The notes: a model not told the origin generated them from the letters alone. 64,000 nt of DNA from Trichosphaerium sp. ATCC 40318 (GCA_038496445.1 JALMLS010000334.1:186001-250000), one strand, 5' to 3'. Positions 34,455 to 48,244 are shown, counted from the first letter of the stretch. Numbers and translations: made by a program.

Positions 34455-37400
34455 TTATTTTACATTTTTGTTAATGACACGTGTTATCTCCTACAAAAAA
34501 AGTGAGAACAAACCCTGATCATCCCAAAAAAGAGTTATGACTATTCCATTAAGACACTCTATGAACGCACCTCAAAGTCAGGACGCTCTTCTGGTGTTGC
34601 TCCCCAACACCTTGCAACAAGCCTTGTGAGCCAGCCTGGTGTAATAGGAGGTAATGTTGGTGTAAAAGCTTTATCTCTAATTTTCAAGCCGATATCCAAA
34701 ATATCGTCATTGTCTTCATGTGGCTCCTCTCGGGACTAATGTGGATTGTAAGTTTACCAACTATAACCAAGCGATTCTAGGGACGTACCATGCACTCATA
34801 TACCACAATACCAAAACTCCACACATCTGATTTTACTACAGAGAAATTTCAGTTTTTTTGGATTCAATTTCAATTTAAAATTTCCATACCTGAGAAGTCT
34901 TTAGTTGCAGAAAGCGATTCAGGTGCCATCCACCTGATAGGACCTGCAGTTGGATCAGCTGTAACCACATTGTGGTCAGCAAGAAACTGTGAGAATCCAA
35001 AATCACCAAGCTTAGGTGTTAGTTCTTCTGTAAGAAGTACATTACGTGCAGCTAAATCACGATGTATCTATCCAACATTTAATAACACTTAAAGGGGGTA
35101 TATAGTCGTACTATTTTTTCTTTGTGTAGATGGTACACGCCAGCAGCTAAAAGATATTATTTTAGTCCAAGAGGTGATAGAATGTATTTGTTGTTCACGT
35201 ACCAATACCCTTGATGATTTTCAAGAGGACTTTCCTTTTAATGTTACGCGCTGACTTATCATGAAGTAGTACATCTAGTGATCCTCCACCAAGGTATTCC
35301 ATAACAATACCAACGCAATTACGCTCTAAAACAACACCAAGGGTTTGAACAATGTTACTATGTGGACGAAGCGACCTTAATAAAAAATAAGCTAACTTAA
35401 CGAGAGATTAAGACAGTTTCCATACAGCATAAGTCGTGCTTCTGCAACAAAATCGTTTAGATGCTCTCTATCAAAAGTTGTAGCTTCCTTAATAGCTACA
35501 GATATAGCACGCCATGTTGCTTTATAAACAACACCATACGAGCCACGGCCGAGTTCTCTGGACTTCTCAATTTCGCTTGCTTTTATTTTCCACTCCTTAT
35601 CAGCAGGGAACGTACTTGCTTGCTCACCTAAATCAACCGTTTAGTATTTCACGAAATAAAGGAGAAAGATTGAATTGATTGTACTTGGATCAATGCCGGA
35701 CTGATCCTGTACGACTATTGGTACATATGTGGTATCAGCATCAATCAGATTAGGTCTTTTTGCCTTCTTGTTGTGATGCTCTTTACGTCTTCGCGTCACA
35801 AACATCGCAATACCTGCTATGATGGCACCAATCAGTACTAATACTGCTACTACTTCTGGGATAGCAGATTCTGAAATGGATAGAGCGTCATTACGTCCTA
35901 CATTAATTCGAGGAACATCCACGAATCTTATAGACATTTCTAAAGAAAGGTTAACCAACAAGTCAATTATTCTAGTCATTACAACGTACCTAGAGGCACA
36001 GCCTTTGGTAAAGTAGGATGGGAAAATTGTACAGATATGTTAGCAGTGAATACACTACTCTGAGTGAAATCAGGTTCTATTATCAAGAAATCTTGAGTGA
36101 CATTAAATACACCAACTACACCACCAGCTCTGCTATCAGTACGATTTACAATGCTTTGTATAGTAAGAGTAGCATTCTCTTGAGGGCCTAGGATACTACC
36201 CGACGCCATAAAAACTTCTCCAGCCTCAAGAAACGGAGACATGCCCTCTTCTGTCAGATTGCACCAGACATAGACTGACTCTCCAATATTTACTACGTCC
36301 GTCTCTAGCAACAGTTGACTGTCTCTATACAGTATACAAGTCAACTCGAATCGAGACGGTAGGTAAACACATGTAGGATGTGTAATTAAGGTATCATTAA
36401 ACGGATCCAATACACGAATTGGTAAATCAGCTGGGAGTCCAAGAGGTACTATAAAAAAAAAAGTATCAGAGCGAGAAAACAATACTCTTATTTGACAAGT
36501 TTTCTTTTTTTTTTTTGAAATGAAAGTTATGCGTACTTTTTAAACCACTTGGTATCTCTACGAGCTTTGACAAGTACCCGCCTCCCATACCAAGTAGATT
36601 ACCTTGAATAAGATAAGCTCCTTCTAGTGTAGTCCCAGGGTTAAACATAGAAGCGCCAGGTTTCTCATAAAGGAACATATTAACATCAATATTGAACAAA
36701 GTACTGGCTCTGTTCCTTGATGCAAAAATTCTAGGTAATTCCCCTCCACTGACCTAAATTTAAAAAAGAATATCAACACGACAGTTAACTTTTAAGTGGA
36801 TTTGGATTTGCTTACAGAATCAGTGAAGCAGTTTCCTAAAAAATTCTTAATAACCTTTTTCTTTGATTCAACAACATCGTGTCACAAACAACACACAGAT
36901 GGGTATGATCGTACCATATATGTGAGCGTATAATCCCCTATCATTCGGAGAGTTCCATGTAAAGGTACCAATCATACCGAGAACCATTCTTGCAAAGGCA
37001 CCTTGAACATCCTCTATAGTAAAAAATTGCCACATTGCACCATCGTTTCTTGAAGCAGTTCCACCATCTGTCCATCTTTGAAAGAACTCCCCATTTTGTT
37101 CAGAAACAACCAAGTCGTCTTCAGGGTCATAGTTCCTTCCGCAAAATGTTTGATTAAGCGGTGGAACCGTATAGAACCCAGAGGAAACAGTGTCTGTCAT
37201 TCTCAAAAATCCTATTCCATTCAATTAAATGTCATCTACTTTTCTTACACGAAAGAATAAAAACACGTACCGCGAGGACACCCAGGCTTCCATATAACAT
37301 TATCATCAGCGTCAGCATTGTGTTCAATACTCCACCAAGATTGAAAATATCTTATAGGATGACGAACCTCCAATCGAAATCCGTTAGGATTTGGACCTAT

Positions 37401-38515
37401 ACAAAGTCAGAAGTGAAGTTGATCACATTTGGAAGATCTTAAAATGCTTACCTCTAGGAGTTTCAGGGATATCTTCCACTTCGAATGAAGGATCTAGAGA
37501 GCATCCATCACTTCCACATATACCTAACAATCAAGTCAATGGAATGGATATCAATCTTTTTTGCTTGTAATTTACATGAATCCTTAATTTGATAGTATGT
37601 GCTATTGTTTTCAGACTCTGTGCCAGTGGTTACGTAGAACTTATCCATAGTACTGAAAATAGGTACATTGCGTATTTCACCATTCGCAAAGAGCTGCTCT
37701 AGGAGCTCCTAATGTGAGTTAACATTACCTCCTTTACAAAATTTTACATTGTTTACAAAATACAAAAAAAAACCGACGTACTCCTTGTCCCTGTGTAACT
37801 AACGTAAGACACGCGTCTGAAATAGCTGCATATCTTATTCAAAATAAGCCTCTAAAATTACAAGAACTAAAGGTACCTGTCGCCCGAGTTTGGATGCCAG
37901 AAAGTTTGTTCAGAAAACGAAATAATTTGTCCTTTTTAACATGTGGTTTTAGTACACTGTACCTTAGATTGTGAAATAGTACCTGGAACGTGGTAGTCTG
38001 GCCCTTTTTGTCCTCTCCAAAGGAGGATAGCAAACTTATTTGTAAACGTTCGAAAGGAATCATCGCTATTGTAGTCTGCTGCATCACTACTTCGTTGTTT
38101 GTGCTACAACGTACACTTGTGATTAAATTAAACCGTACCTGGGGAATCGAAGCAAATTATCACCAGGATCTTCGCTAACGCATATGGTTGTATTTTCTAT
38201 AGGCGGTGGTACGTATTTCTGGCGTTAAAGGAACAATGTACGGTATTAATATTAAAATTAAACCAAAATGGATACAGAAGAGTTAAACGCAACGTCTCCA
38301 ATAGAGTAGTATCCCTCAGGACACTCAACAAACCTTTGTGTACAGTTTGCAAAAGATACGATACGCGTAGATACGTACCATAACGTTACTTGGTTATCAA
38401 CATCTGAAGGCCAAAAAGCTGCTGTAAATCCGTGAGGTAAAGCCACTTTTAAACCTCCAAGTACAGCGACGGTATAAGTAAGCAATACCAATACCAAAAT
38501 ACTCTTCTTGGCCAT
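34455..38515 (-). CDS. Single-pass receptor tyrosine kinase(-like) with Vps62-like repeats in the ectodomain
   Basis: Signal peptide MAKKSILVLVLLTYTVAVLG; TM VVAVLVLIGAIIAGIAMFV followed by RRRK; kinase LGRGSYGVVYKA, HRDLAARNVL, DFG, GPIRWMAPE, DVWSFGIV. Confidence 0.88.
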
Positions 38516-38689
38516 AACGCCACGAATAGCAGTAAAGAAAGCTTGAAGTTTTTTGTAAAAAATGTAAACAACGGCCAAGTCAGTCAACGCAATTAAATTT
38601 CAAGTTGAAAACAAAAGCTCTCAAATTTACTTCATAAATAAAAAAACGTGCAAATTGCACTTTGCTTTATAATTGCAACTGGTATAACT

Positions 38690-40299
38690 TTACAAGGCGC
38701 GTGCAAAGTCTAGCAACGCATTTACTTTCTCACAAGTATCAGCAGGTTTAGCACTGCCTCCATTGTGTGGTCCTTCATTTTGATAGGTTAGAGCTGATTT
38801 TGCAAGAGCTTTGGCACGATCAATAAGTCCTACTTTTGCTTCACGTGTCTTTAATTCCGCTTGAACATTCTTCGTTTCAACAATGACCATGTTGAGACGA
38901 GCGCGGAATACCTACCAAATGATGAGTACAAATTTAACCTTTACACTTCGCTAATGTACCTCAATATCTACAGTCCTTGCAGCTAGAGTGCTGACTAAGT
39001 TGTTGCTTGCTGTCACCAACTCGTCAATATAAACATTACCTTCTTTTTGTATTGGGGGTTGTGCAGGGGCTTGAACTTTGACTTGGGCCTTTGGTTTTGC
39101 TGTAACACTGGCTTGGACTGGTTTAGAACTTTGAACCTTTGGCTTAGGTGTAGCCTTGACGTGTGTGCCGTTGGATGTTTTTGATGCTGTAGCACCACGA
39201 GGAGACTCGCTGGCAGTCTTTGTAAGATTGTAATCAGGTTAATAATAATTTTTACGCACCTTGCCATTTGTTTGGCGATGCTTGATATATGTCGGGCCAC
39301 ACTGACGAGTTTGTCTCTTAAATAATTAAGATCCTGTACGCATGCGCTGTCATGGGATTTAAATCCTCTAGTCTTAGAAGCCTCTACGAAGCTAATGGCC
39401 TTATCTACAAGAGCTAAGCTCTCTTCCAAGACGCCTGACGAATCAGGAAGTAGTCCTGAGGCTTGTTAGTCATAATCAAGATTTTGTGTTTGATTGTTCG
39501 TGTACCAACGTTCTCTAGAACAGCTTCGATGTAACTATAGCTGAGTGAGTACGCAATACGTAAATTGGAGGTACATTTTGATTGTATCGCCAAAATTGTT
39601 CAAATCAAACGAGTTGTTCGAAACTGTGCAACTACCACGAGCGTCACGTAGTGTAGTGGCTACTTTTGTAATGTAAGCTGGCAATTCCCTGCTGAGTTGT
39701 TATTTTACATAATCTTCTTTAGATTGTTCTTTTTCGTACCTTGTGGTACTAGTAGGAGCTTTTGGAGCTTGAACTGCTAGACGCAATTTAGCGAAGATGG
39801 CCAAAACCTAAACAACTACATTCAGTGTTGCAACTTAAATTTATCCTCCGTACTTTGTCGAATTCATCGTCAGATGGTTTAGGTGTCTGTGTGCGGTGTT
39901 AGGAAGGGATGCTTTTTTTATTTACTTTTAATTAAAAATAATTATTACCTCTGTGCTGCTGCCAGTTGTAGCGTCGCCTATAATAGCGTACCAAGGGTTT
40001 ATTTTCGCTCGAACACTTTTACGGTATGCCGATTGCTTTTTTTCTGACTCAAGCTGCGCTACACGCTCTGCTTCTCGCCTTTCTTCTAGTTCTTTTACTG
40101 CTTGCTCTTCTTCTGGAGATAAAGCTACAGCTTTTGATAGCCGTGGCGAGAGTATAGGCTTTTCTTCTACAGGTTGCTCGTATGGTTGAAGCGCTGGTTT
40201 ACTCCATCCTTTCTTTGCTTCAGGGGGCTTATTCTTGTTTCTGATTGCTCTCAAAATTCTTTTCTGTTCCTTGACCTGTTCTTGTTCCTCGGCGTTCAT
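38690..40299 (-). CDS. Hypothetical protein: charged N-terminus, predicted helical bundles and a P/Q/K linker
   Basis: Several open exons linked by GT-AG introns from the ATG at 40299 to the stop at 38690; no family recognised. Confidence 0.65.
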
Positions 40300-40404
40300 A
40301 GCTGCGTGAAAGTGTAAAAATTATACCTGGCGTGAATTTTCTACACAATGTCAACTGTAGTCTCCGTTATTGTTATAAGTGAATGACCCGTTAATGGTGA
40401 CAAC

Positions 40405-43400
40405 ATGAATCCTTACGGCTACGGGCAAAACAATCAACAGTATAACAACCAATACAATAATGCCCCTCCCACGCAGACGTCATACAACACAGGACAAGTA
40501 AACCAGCAAGGGGGCTATAATACACAAGGTTACAACCAGAATCAATACAACACTACCCAATCCTACGGGCAATCGCAGTATAACACTGGACAGTACAGCG
40601 CGACCAATACGCAACAATATGGAACGAATACATCGTACAATCAAAATCAATACAGCACCAATAATACCTCGTATAACCAAAGCTCGTACACGCCTCCTCC
40701 CGCTTATGGAACGTACGTTCGTGTACATTCGCTAAGTGCTCAAAACCGTTTAGAAACACTGCACAGACGCACGGAGGATACGGCAACACCCAAAGCTACG
40801 GTAAATAATTCAGGCGTTATAATTACTCTTATTCACATGTAAAATAGGCAATACGCAATCGTCCTACCAAGCGCCTGCATCAAATGTACCAGCTGGTTAT
40901 CCTCCTGGGTATAATGGTTCAACATCTTCGTACACTCCATCCTACGGGTAGGAAATAACCCTCTAACGTACCTAACCATACTGTAGAGGTGCCACCAACA
41001 CGAATACGAATTCAGGTTCGTATTATGGAACTGGAAACCAAAGTAGTTACTCTGCTGGGCAGTCTAACTACAATGCCCCTACTTCTGCACATTCGGGCTA
41101 CCAGCAACCCGCCAGCACAGCTGGTTATCCTCCTGGGTATAACGCTTCGGCGTCTGGGTATGTATATGACGTGTTCCTTGTGGTGCACTGGACAAATGTC
41201 ATTTTGTAATTTTTTATGACGTTTTCTTTAGGTATCAATCGGCACCTTACGCGGCGCCAGCATCAACTAGTTCAGTGCCTTATGCACGCGCTCGAACAGC
41301 CATACCTTATGCAAGACCAAAGCAAAAGCAAGCAGCACCTGTTGTTCAACAACAGCAACCTGCCCCTGTAGCACAACAACCAGCTTCATATTCAGAATCC
41401 GGTTCTGGTTCTCAACAAGGAGCGTCATTACGGGGCTCTGTTTCGTCTGAGCAATCTTCATCAAACGCTGAGCAGGAAGAAGCCATGAGGCAGATGGCGC
41501 TTAAGGAAGAAGCATTGAAGAAGAAAGAGGCTGAACTCCAAGCACGTGCGAAGAAAAAGGAAGCTGAAATAGAGGCTTTGCGCGTCAAAATGGAACAGGA
41601 TAAGGAAGAGGCAATTAAAGCTGAAAAGGAACGCCTTTTACTTGAGGAAAAAGCCAAGCAGAAAAAGCGCGAGAGAGAGAAACGAAAAGCCGCCAAGCGC
41701 TTGACAATGCGAGAAGCTGAATTGATGAAGAAAGAAGCAGAAATCATGGAACAACAAATGGAACAACAAGAGTCTTTCTTAGCAGAAAAACGTCAACAAG
41801 AAGAAGCCTTAAAGAGAGAGAAAGCAAGACAGCAAGCTGAATTACAGGTGAGACACGCATACCAACACATACTTGTATCTTGGACACTTCCATATACACA
41901 TCACATTTTGTTATGTTTCCATTCAAACTGACGCGGCTTCCCTAGAAAATCCGTAATGAGCAAGAACAAGCGAAACTTGATTTCCAAAATAAAATGAAGC
42001 AGCAAGAAGCAGAAATGGCTAGACAGAAAAAGGAACACGAAGAGCAGTTAGCAAAGTTACAGGCTGAGATTGACGCGCAAGAGAGTCAGTTACAAGCCCA
42101 AGAACAAAAGGTCAGAGCTGAAAGAGAAGCGCAACAAGCAAAGATACAAACACTTCTAGAAGAGGAAGCTGCACTAAAACGTGCTCATGACGAAAAAGAG
42201 CAAGCACTTAAACTAAAAGAAGATGCATTGCAGTCCACTGCAAGTTCTCTGAAGCGTACGTTGTGCCGGTTCCTTTTGCTGTACTTCTTTTGATACTTAT
42301 ATCATGGTAGAACGCGAACAAGAAGTGCAGACACTCAAGCATCAACAAGATGCTTTAAGACAGGAGAAGGAACAACAAATGGCTGCCTTGGCGAAAAAGC
42401 GACAAGATCTGGAGGCTAAGGAGAATCAAATCAAGCATAAGGAAGAAGAGCAATCAAAGAAACGTCAGCAAATCCTAGAGAAGAAAGCACAATTGAAAGT
42501 AAAGAAAGGAAAAAAGAAAAAGACATCAAAGAAAAAGAATAAGGCTGAGAAACAGGAAAAGCCTGACAAGAAGGCTGACAAAAAAAGTTCGACAAATAAG
42601 AAGGGCATTCACTTTCAGGAACAATTCGACAAGAATAGGCCACCAGTCGGCACCCTCACCATTAAAGGTACCAAAAACAAATTATTATAATTTTGTATCT
42701 GATCAATTGTACTAGTATACGATGCAAAAGGAGGTAAAGCATCGACTCATTACTACATTGCTGTTGCACGTGTTAATTCAAGCATAAACGAACATATCAA
42801 ACTATACAAGACACCTACTATGACAGCACCAAACCTACAATACGGTCATTTGGCTTCAATGTAAGAAAATACTCATTTCATCCTTTTTTTTTGTTGTTGG
42901 CTTATTTTTCTTATTAGTGGCGTATTCAACCCTTATGAGGAAGAAATTGAATTCAAGGTTATGAAGAACAACAAAATTGGATCTGATTCTAACGTGGGCG
43001 AGAAATCGTTCCCTGTTGGCTACTTCAGAACACGATATGATCCGGCCAAGGAAGTGTGGTTTCCTATGCCTTCAAGCCACACAAAAGAACCACTTGAGCT
43101 CAAGATACGCTTCAAATACAAACAGAATAAGTCTGTTGCATCAAAAGGAATTACAGGTCCAACAGGATTCACTCATCAATCGCACTTTGGGTTTGGTAAA
43201 GATGGGACAGTTGATGTTAAGAACTTGCCAAAAAAATGGAAGCAAATTTTCAAAAAAGCTGGCATCAAGAAGAAGGACTTGAAGGATCCAAAGAAGTCGC
43301 AAATTATATTTGCACTCATTGCTGAGCAAATGGGTCCTCCTAATGCAGGTGGCGCCCCACCAGGTGCACCTACAGGCAATGCGCCCCCACCAAGGCCTGC

Positions 43401-44438
43401 TGGCGCACCGCAGAGACCTAGTGGTACTCAACCACCACAACCTCCAAGTAATGCTCCTCCTCGCCCTAGTGCACAAGCTCCTCGCCCACCTGGTCCTCCT
43501 TCCCGCCCTGCTGGCATACCAGCGCCTCCATCGTCCCCAGGTACTTTCTATCGTTTATTGTATCATACTAACACTTAACTAAGCACCTCCTGTGCCTGGA
43601 CCAAGTCCTACACAGCCTCATGGAGCCCCTGTTGATGACGACTTTCCATCCCGTAATCCTCCTCCAAGGCCTGCACCAGCGTCACACCCAGCACCAAGTG
43701 ACGACTTTGCCGTGGCTCCTCAGGAAGATGTGCCTGGTAGAGCACCGCCAATGCCGCCTACAGGAGCACCATCGCGACCTCCAATGGCTCCGCCAACGCA
43801 AGGCGGCGAAGTACCTGGTCGTGCTCCACCACCTCCTCCAGGATATTCTCCAGCAACACCAGGTAATGACACTCCAAGCAGACCTCCACCTGGACCACCC
43901 GGACTACCATCAGGAGGACCACCTGGACCACCCCCACCAATGCCAGTTGGTAACGCACCTGGTGGGGCTCCACCAAGGCCTCCACCTATGCAGACAGGAG
44001 GAGCACCACCTGGACCACCTCCACCAATGCCGCCAGCTGTTGCTGCAGGAGCACCGCCACCACCAAGACCAAATGACTTTCTGTCTCAAATCCAAGGAGG
44101 TGTTAGCCTTCAGAAAGCGCCAGAACATGCACCTGCACCAAGCTCTTCAGGTGGATTTTTGGATGAGATTAGGTACTACCATCTTTTCTCTAGACATTTG
44201 ACTTTCAATCTAACACTTTTCAAGGTTGGGCACAAAACTAAATCACGTTGACCCTGATAACTTGCCATGTACGTATTTAACTATACACACTTGTACTTAC
44301 TACCCAATAGCACTTAATCATTTGAGCGAGGAGCAAGAGAACTCTCTTGCCGGTATATTATCAAGAGCAATGGGTGCTCGACGAACGGACTTGAAAGATG
44401 ACGATAATGATAGCGATTCTGAAGAGTGGTCCGATTGA
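40405..44438 (+). CDS. WASP-family Arp2/3 activator: Q/N/Y-rich low-complexity region - coiled coil - C2 - CRIB/GBD - poly-Pro - 2xWH2 - C - A
   Basis: CRIB ITGPTGFTHQSHFG, GBD LPKKWKQIFKKAGI, WH2 DFLSQIQGGVSLQKA and GFLDEIRLGTKLNHV, central SLAGILSRAMGARR, acidic DDDNDSDSEEWSD*; splice junctions join all exons in frame. Confidence 0.88.
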
Positions 44439-44696
44439 TTGTAAAATAAAAAATCGTTTAAAAAAAGATCAATATTGACGTTAAAAATCGCTCACAGTCT
44501 TGTGATGTGGTTAGCTGGGCGACGAGTTGATGTTCAATTTTAGAAATAGATGGCATATTTATGGAAGTTGTTATAACGGTTAGTTGCCAGTAAGTTTAGC
44601 GACAACACAAATGTGGGTGTATGATACAGGGAGTTTTATTACATTTGGGTTGTTTAGAATACAATTTTTTGAATTTGTGCGCGCAATTCTAGAGAG

Positions 44697-45047
44697 TTAC
44701 CTCCTCTTCTCCCTTCTCTCCCTTAGATGTAATGTGAAGGCGGATGCCTTCACTACTCGTTTGGCTGATTGTCTTGCCTTTTTGGCTTTGCGAATCGTTT
44801 GCGAGAGCGTGTACTCTGTTAGTTTCTTGCATTTCGCCAGCTTTGAGTACCTTCGTAACAAATTCCGCTCTGGTTTGGTTTCAGTGCGTGTTTCGTTGTT
44901 TGCTTGGCGTTCTGCCCTTTGTTGTGCGTTGGCTTGTTGTTGTGCTCGAGCTCGTGCAACAATGTAAGCTCTCCCTCGTGGAGGTCGCTGATTGCCTGTG
45001 ATGACCGCTTGTATGTATGCGAAGCATGTTATGATGAATTTCAGCAT
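44697..45047 (-). CDS. Small basic hypothetical protein (intronless, ~116 aa)
   Basis: Open frame from the ATG at 45047 with a hydrophobic N-terminus and an R/K/A/Q-rich body; no homology recognised. Confidence 0.35.
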   Translation of the reverse strand: MLKFIITCFAYIQAVITGNQRPPRGRAYIVARARAQQQANAQQRAERQANNETRTETKPERNLLRRYSKLAKCKKLTEYTLSQTIRKAKKARQSAKRVVKASAFTLHLRERREKRR

Positions 45048-45189
45048 TATTGTTTGAATTTGAGAATTATGAAATAATAAACGCGAGACAAAATTTTTTT
45101 GGTCTTCAATGGTCACTCAGACGTTGAAAAATACAAAGTTCGTTGAGCCACTGGAATTCCATACCTGCGTCAGTTACAAGTATTATAAC

Positions 45190-48100
45190 ATGAATGGATC
45201 ATTGCGTTTCACAGGGAGAGCCAAAGTTTCGGGTGTTGGTAAAGGACGTCTAAGCCTCGACGAGCAAACGCTAGCATGGAAACCAGAGTCAGGGAGCGAA
45301 TTAAAGTTGTCTGTTGACAACATAGATCGTACGGCTCTCAAAAAATTAAATGACGTGTTATAAACACGCGTACAGGTTTCCAGGTTAATACACCCGCCAA
45401 ATCAAAGGGTCGTGCGTACTTACAACTTGGTTGGACTAATAACGGCGGGGAGCGCAAACTGGTCCTTGAGTTCTTAACAGACAACAATCATACTCCAGCA
45501 GAGCAACAAGAGGTATTTTTAAAGCTCCTACGTACAGTAAGAAACGCACCATCGGCCCCTACGTCTCCTACACGTTCACAGCAACCTTTACCAGCGAATT
45601 CAGAACCTCAAAGCAAAGCCAGACCTACCGCTACAACGACGCAGAATTACAAGCAGCCCGGCGCTCTCTCTAACGCTACATCAGCCAACGCACAGGATAA
45701 CTCTCGTCAGCGGTCAGCATCTGGGCCAAAAGCACGGAACGCTTACCTTCAAGTACACGTATCAAATCCTAGGTAGTGCTACTGCGCTCCTCTAGAATCA
45801 TTATTAGTTCTTAAGTGTATTAGTGTTGGAGGACAGAGTACAGACGCGCACGTGGTGTATACAGTGGAAACAAGTGTACTCCCTTTTTTTTATTTTGAAG
45901 TTTAGTGGGATTATGATTTTGATTGTTTTGGTTTAGACAAACATTCCTAATTACCCAAATGCTTCCCAAGTATTGCGTCGATATAGCCACTTTGAAGAGT
46001 TACAAACGTTATTGATGCAGAACCACCCACGCGCAGCTGTGCCTTCGTTGCCGGGTATGTCATTTTATTCAAAAAAAATTTGCCTCTAACAATTCGCTAG
46101 GAAAGTCCCTCCTCAGTAAGTGAGATTGTATTGTGCGTGTTATTCACCCAATTATATAGATAGATTTAATAGCAATTTTACCGCACAAAGATGCACGCAG
46201 TTGGGTGCGCCCTTGGAGAATGACCAAATTCATCTAACCACCAGTTCCTATCAGATACATTTTTAAAAAAAGTTGCCAGCAATCCTTTATTGAGGGTCAG
46301 CCCACATTTACAACGATTCCTCACATTGCAAGGCGTAAGAGCTAATTTTATACATCATTTGAGCGATTATATAAATAACGAGGGTTTAGGCTTATTGTTC
46401 AAAGAGTAACTCTTATTACTATAATTTGATGGGCAAGTTCAACATGATTGATAGTCCAGCACTCACTCAAGTCGAATCAATCGTCTCAAATGCCTTTGCT
46501 ACAACTGAAGATGCACCTACATTCACATCAGCAGTAGGCACGTTGTGATATACCTTATAATTTTAGTGAAATACGCACGTGAACTTTTTTTAACAATCAC
46601 GTGCAGAAGAAGAGTTTTGGCAGATTAAGCAAATTATGAAGAAATGGGGAGCTACACCACGCAAATTACCTTTTAATAAGTTTGTAACGCTTATCTTGGG
46701 TACAACAAGTGCTGGTAAATCGTCGTTCATAAACCATTTCTTTCAGTACGTGATCACGTGACACATTAGTTTATTGTTCGATTTTTGGTTTATTTATCAT
46801 TGTCTTAAAGGGTACCTTGCAAAAAGTCTGCATCTTGCCAGCAAGACACTGCATTTACAATTGTGGAGACGGTACCACGGCAGATTTTTGCGAAATACTC
46901 AGATAAATTCGACTATGGAGAGAATATGGACCCTAATGCACCAAATTTTGATTTGAGTGCTCCAGTTAATGACCCTCAAGCAGATAAGCGATATGGACAT
47001 GTATACGTCTATTTAGATACACATCAGACGCTTATGCGTTACGATGGTCAACTGCAACATCATGCCAACACAATATCAAATTTTCACTTGTTCCAGACAG
47101 TCCTAATAAACGAAGACTATCTTCCTGAAAACAGCCATAGGTACCCGTTGAAGAAATAGTAATATTTTTTCATAATCCGTTGTATAGAGAGACAGCAACC
47201 CAAACTATCCTTATTGATTCTCCTGGATTTGATTCTGGCCAGAATATTGATGTTATGGACAAGTACGTAACACAACTTGTTTGGAGAGGGGTCAGATTGT
47301 TTTGTAATTAAACTCTTTTGTCTTTTAGGTTTGCCTCTAATTTGGAGATTTTGCAGTTCTTGTACACAATGTGTGACATGTCTATGGTAAGACCATTCTA
47401 TTTAGTGCTAAATCTGATGAATGATGTATTAGTTCTTTATTCCGGCTACGCAACTGAATATGGTGTCAAATCAGATTCACATCCTGGAGCTTAGTGTTTT
47501 GTGGGGTGTATTTGGAAAGGAGAAGATGCTCGAGTTGTTGAGTAGGAATAATCCTCAGCGTGGAAGCCGGATGGACAAATCCTTTATCTCTAGTTTGAAG
47601 GACTTTAAGAGCTTTGTAGTTCAAGGTATTAATGTCTTGACTACCAGTACAGCTGAGCAAGATGATCCAATGTATCATGGAACATCATTGTGGCAAAAAA
47701 CATTGTTTATCTTGTCGCAGATAGGTACCTAACATTTTTATTAAAACGAAAGTTTGAATTATTTTTACACACGTGGTTTCTGCTGACGCCACATTTTAGA
47801 TCTGATCAAGTCCAATGCCAATCATGCTACAGAAAGAGAGCAATTTTTCGAGCTAGGTCGCTTGTTTGGAACAACTTTAAGTAGTATACCATGTCCTACT
47901 GTTGATCAGTGCCTCACTATGGTACTTTGTCTATTTTTTATTGTTTGTTTTTATTAATCTGGTTTTTTTTTCCTTTTTAGGGGCTGCCTGAGCATCAGAA
48001 GAATAAGGCTCATAAGTATCTTGGTGACCTTGAGCTTATTAAAAAGAAAATTCGTGCAGCCAACGAGACGACACCACATGTACATAGATTAGAGGCGTCG

Positions 48101-48244
48101 ATTCAAGGCATGTGTCTTGACTTGGAAACAAAGATTGAAAAGTCATGGTCCAAGTACTCTCCAACGCAATTCGTCAATAACGACGTTGCACTTGTCAGAA
48201 AAATATTGCAGAATTCAAAGAGTAGGGTGAAAGCAATGGTTTAG
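45190..48244 (+). CDS. PH-like domain + PX domain + EHD/dynamin-like P-loop NTPase
   Basis: N-terminal GRLSLDEQTLAWKP...FQVNTP...AYLQL (TFIIH-p62-type PH-like); PX HVVYTVET...VLRRYSHFEELQTLL..HP...PSLPGK...QRCTQLDTFL; P-loop GTTSAGKSSFIN, DTAFTIV and ILIDSPGF. Confidence 0.8.

Noticed and set aside
43310-44201. Long His/Leu/Gln-rich and Trp-rich overlapping ORFs
   Set aside because: Alternative-frame shadows of the proline-rich WASP region.
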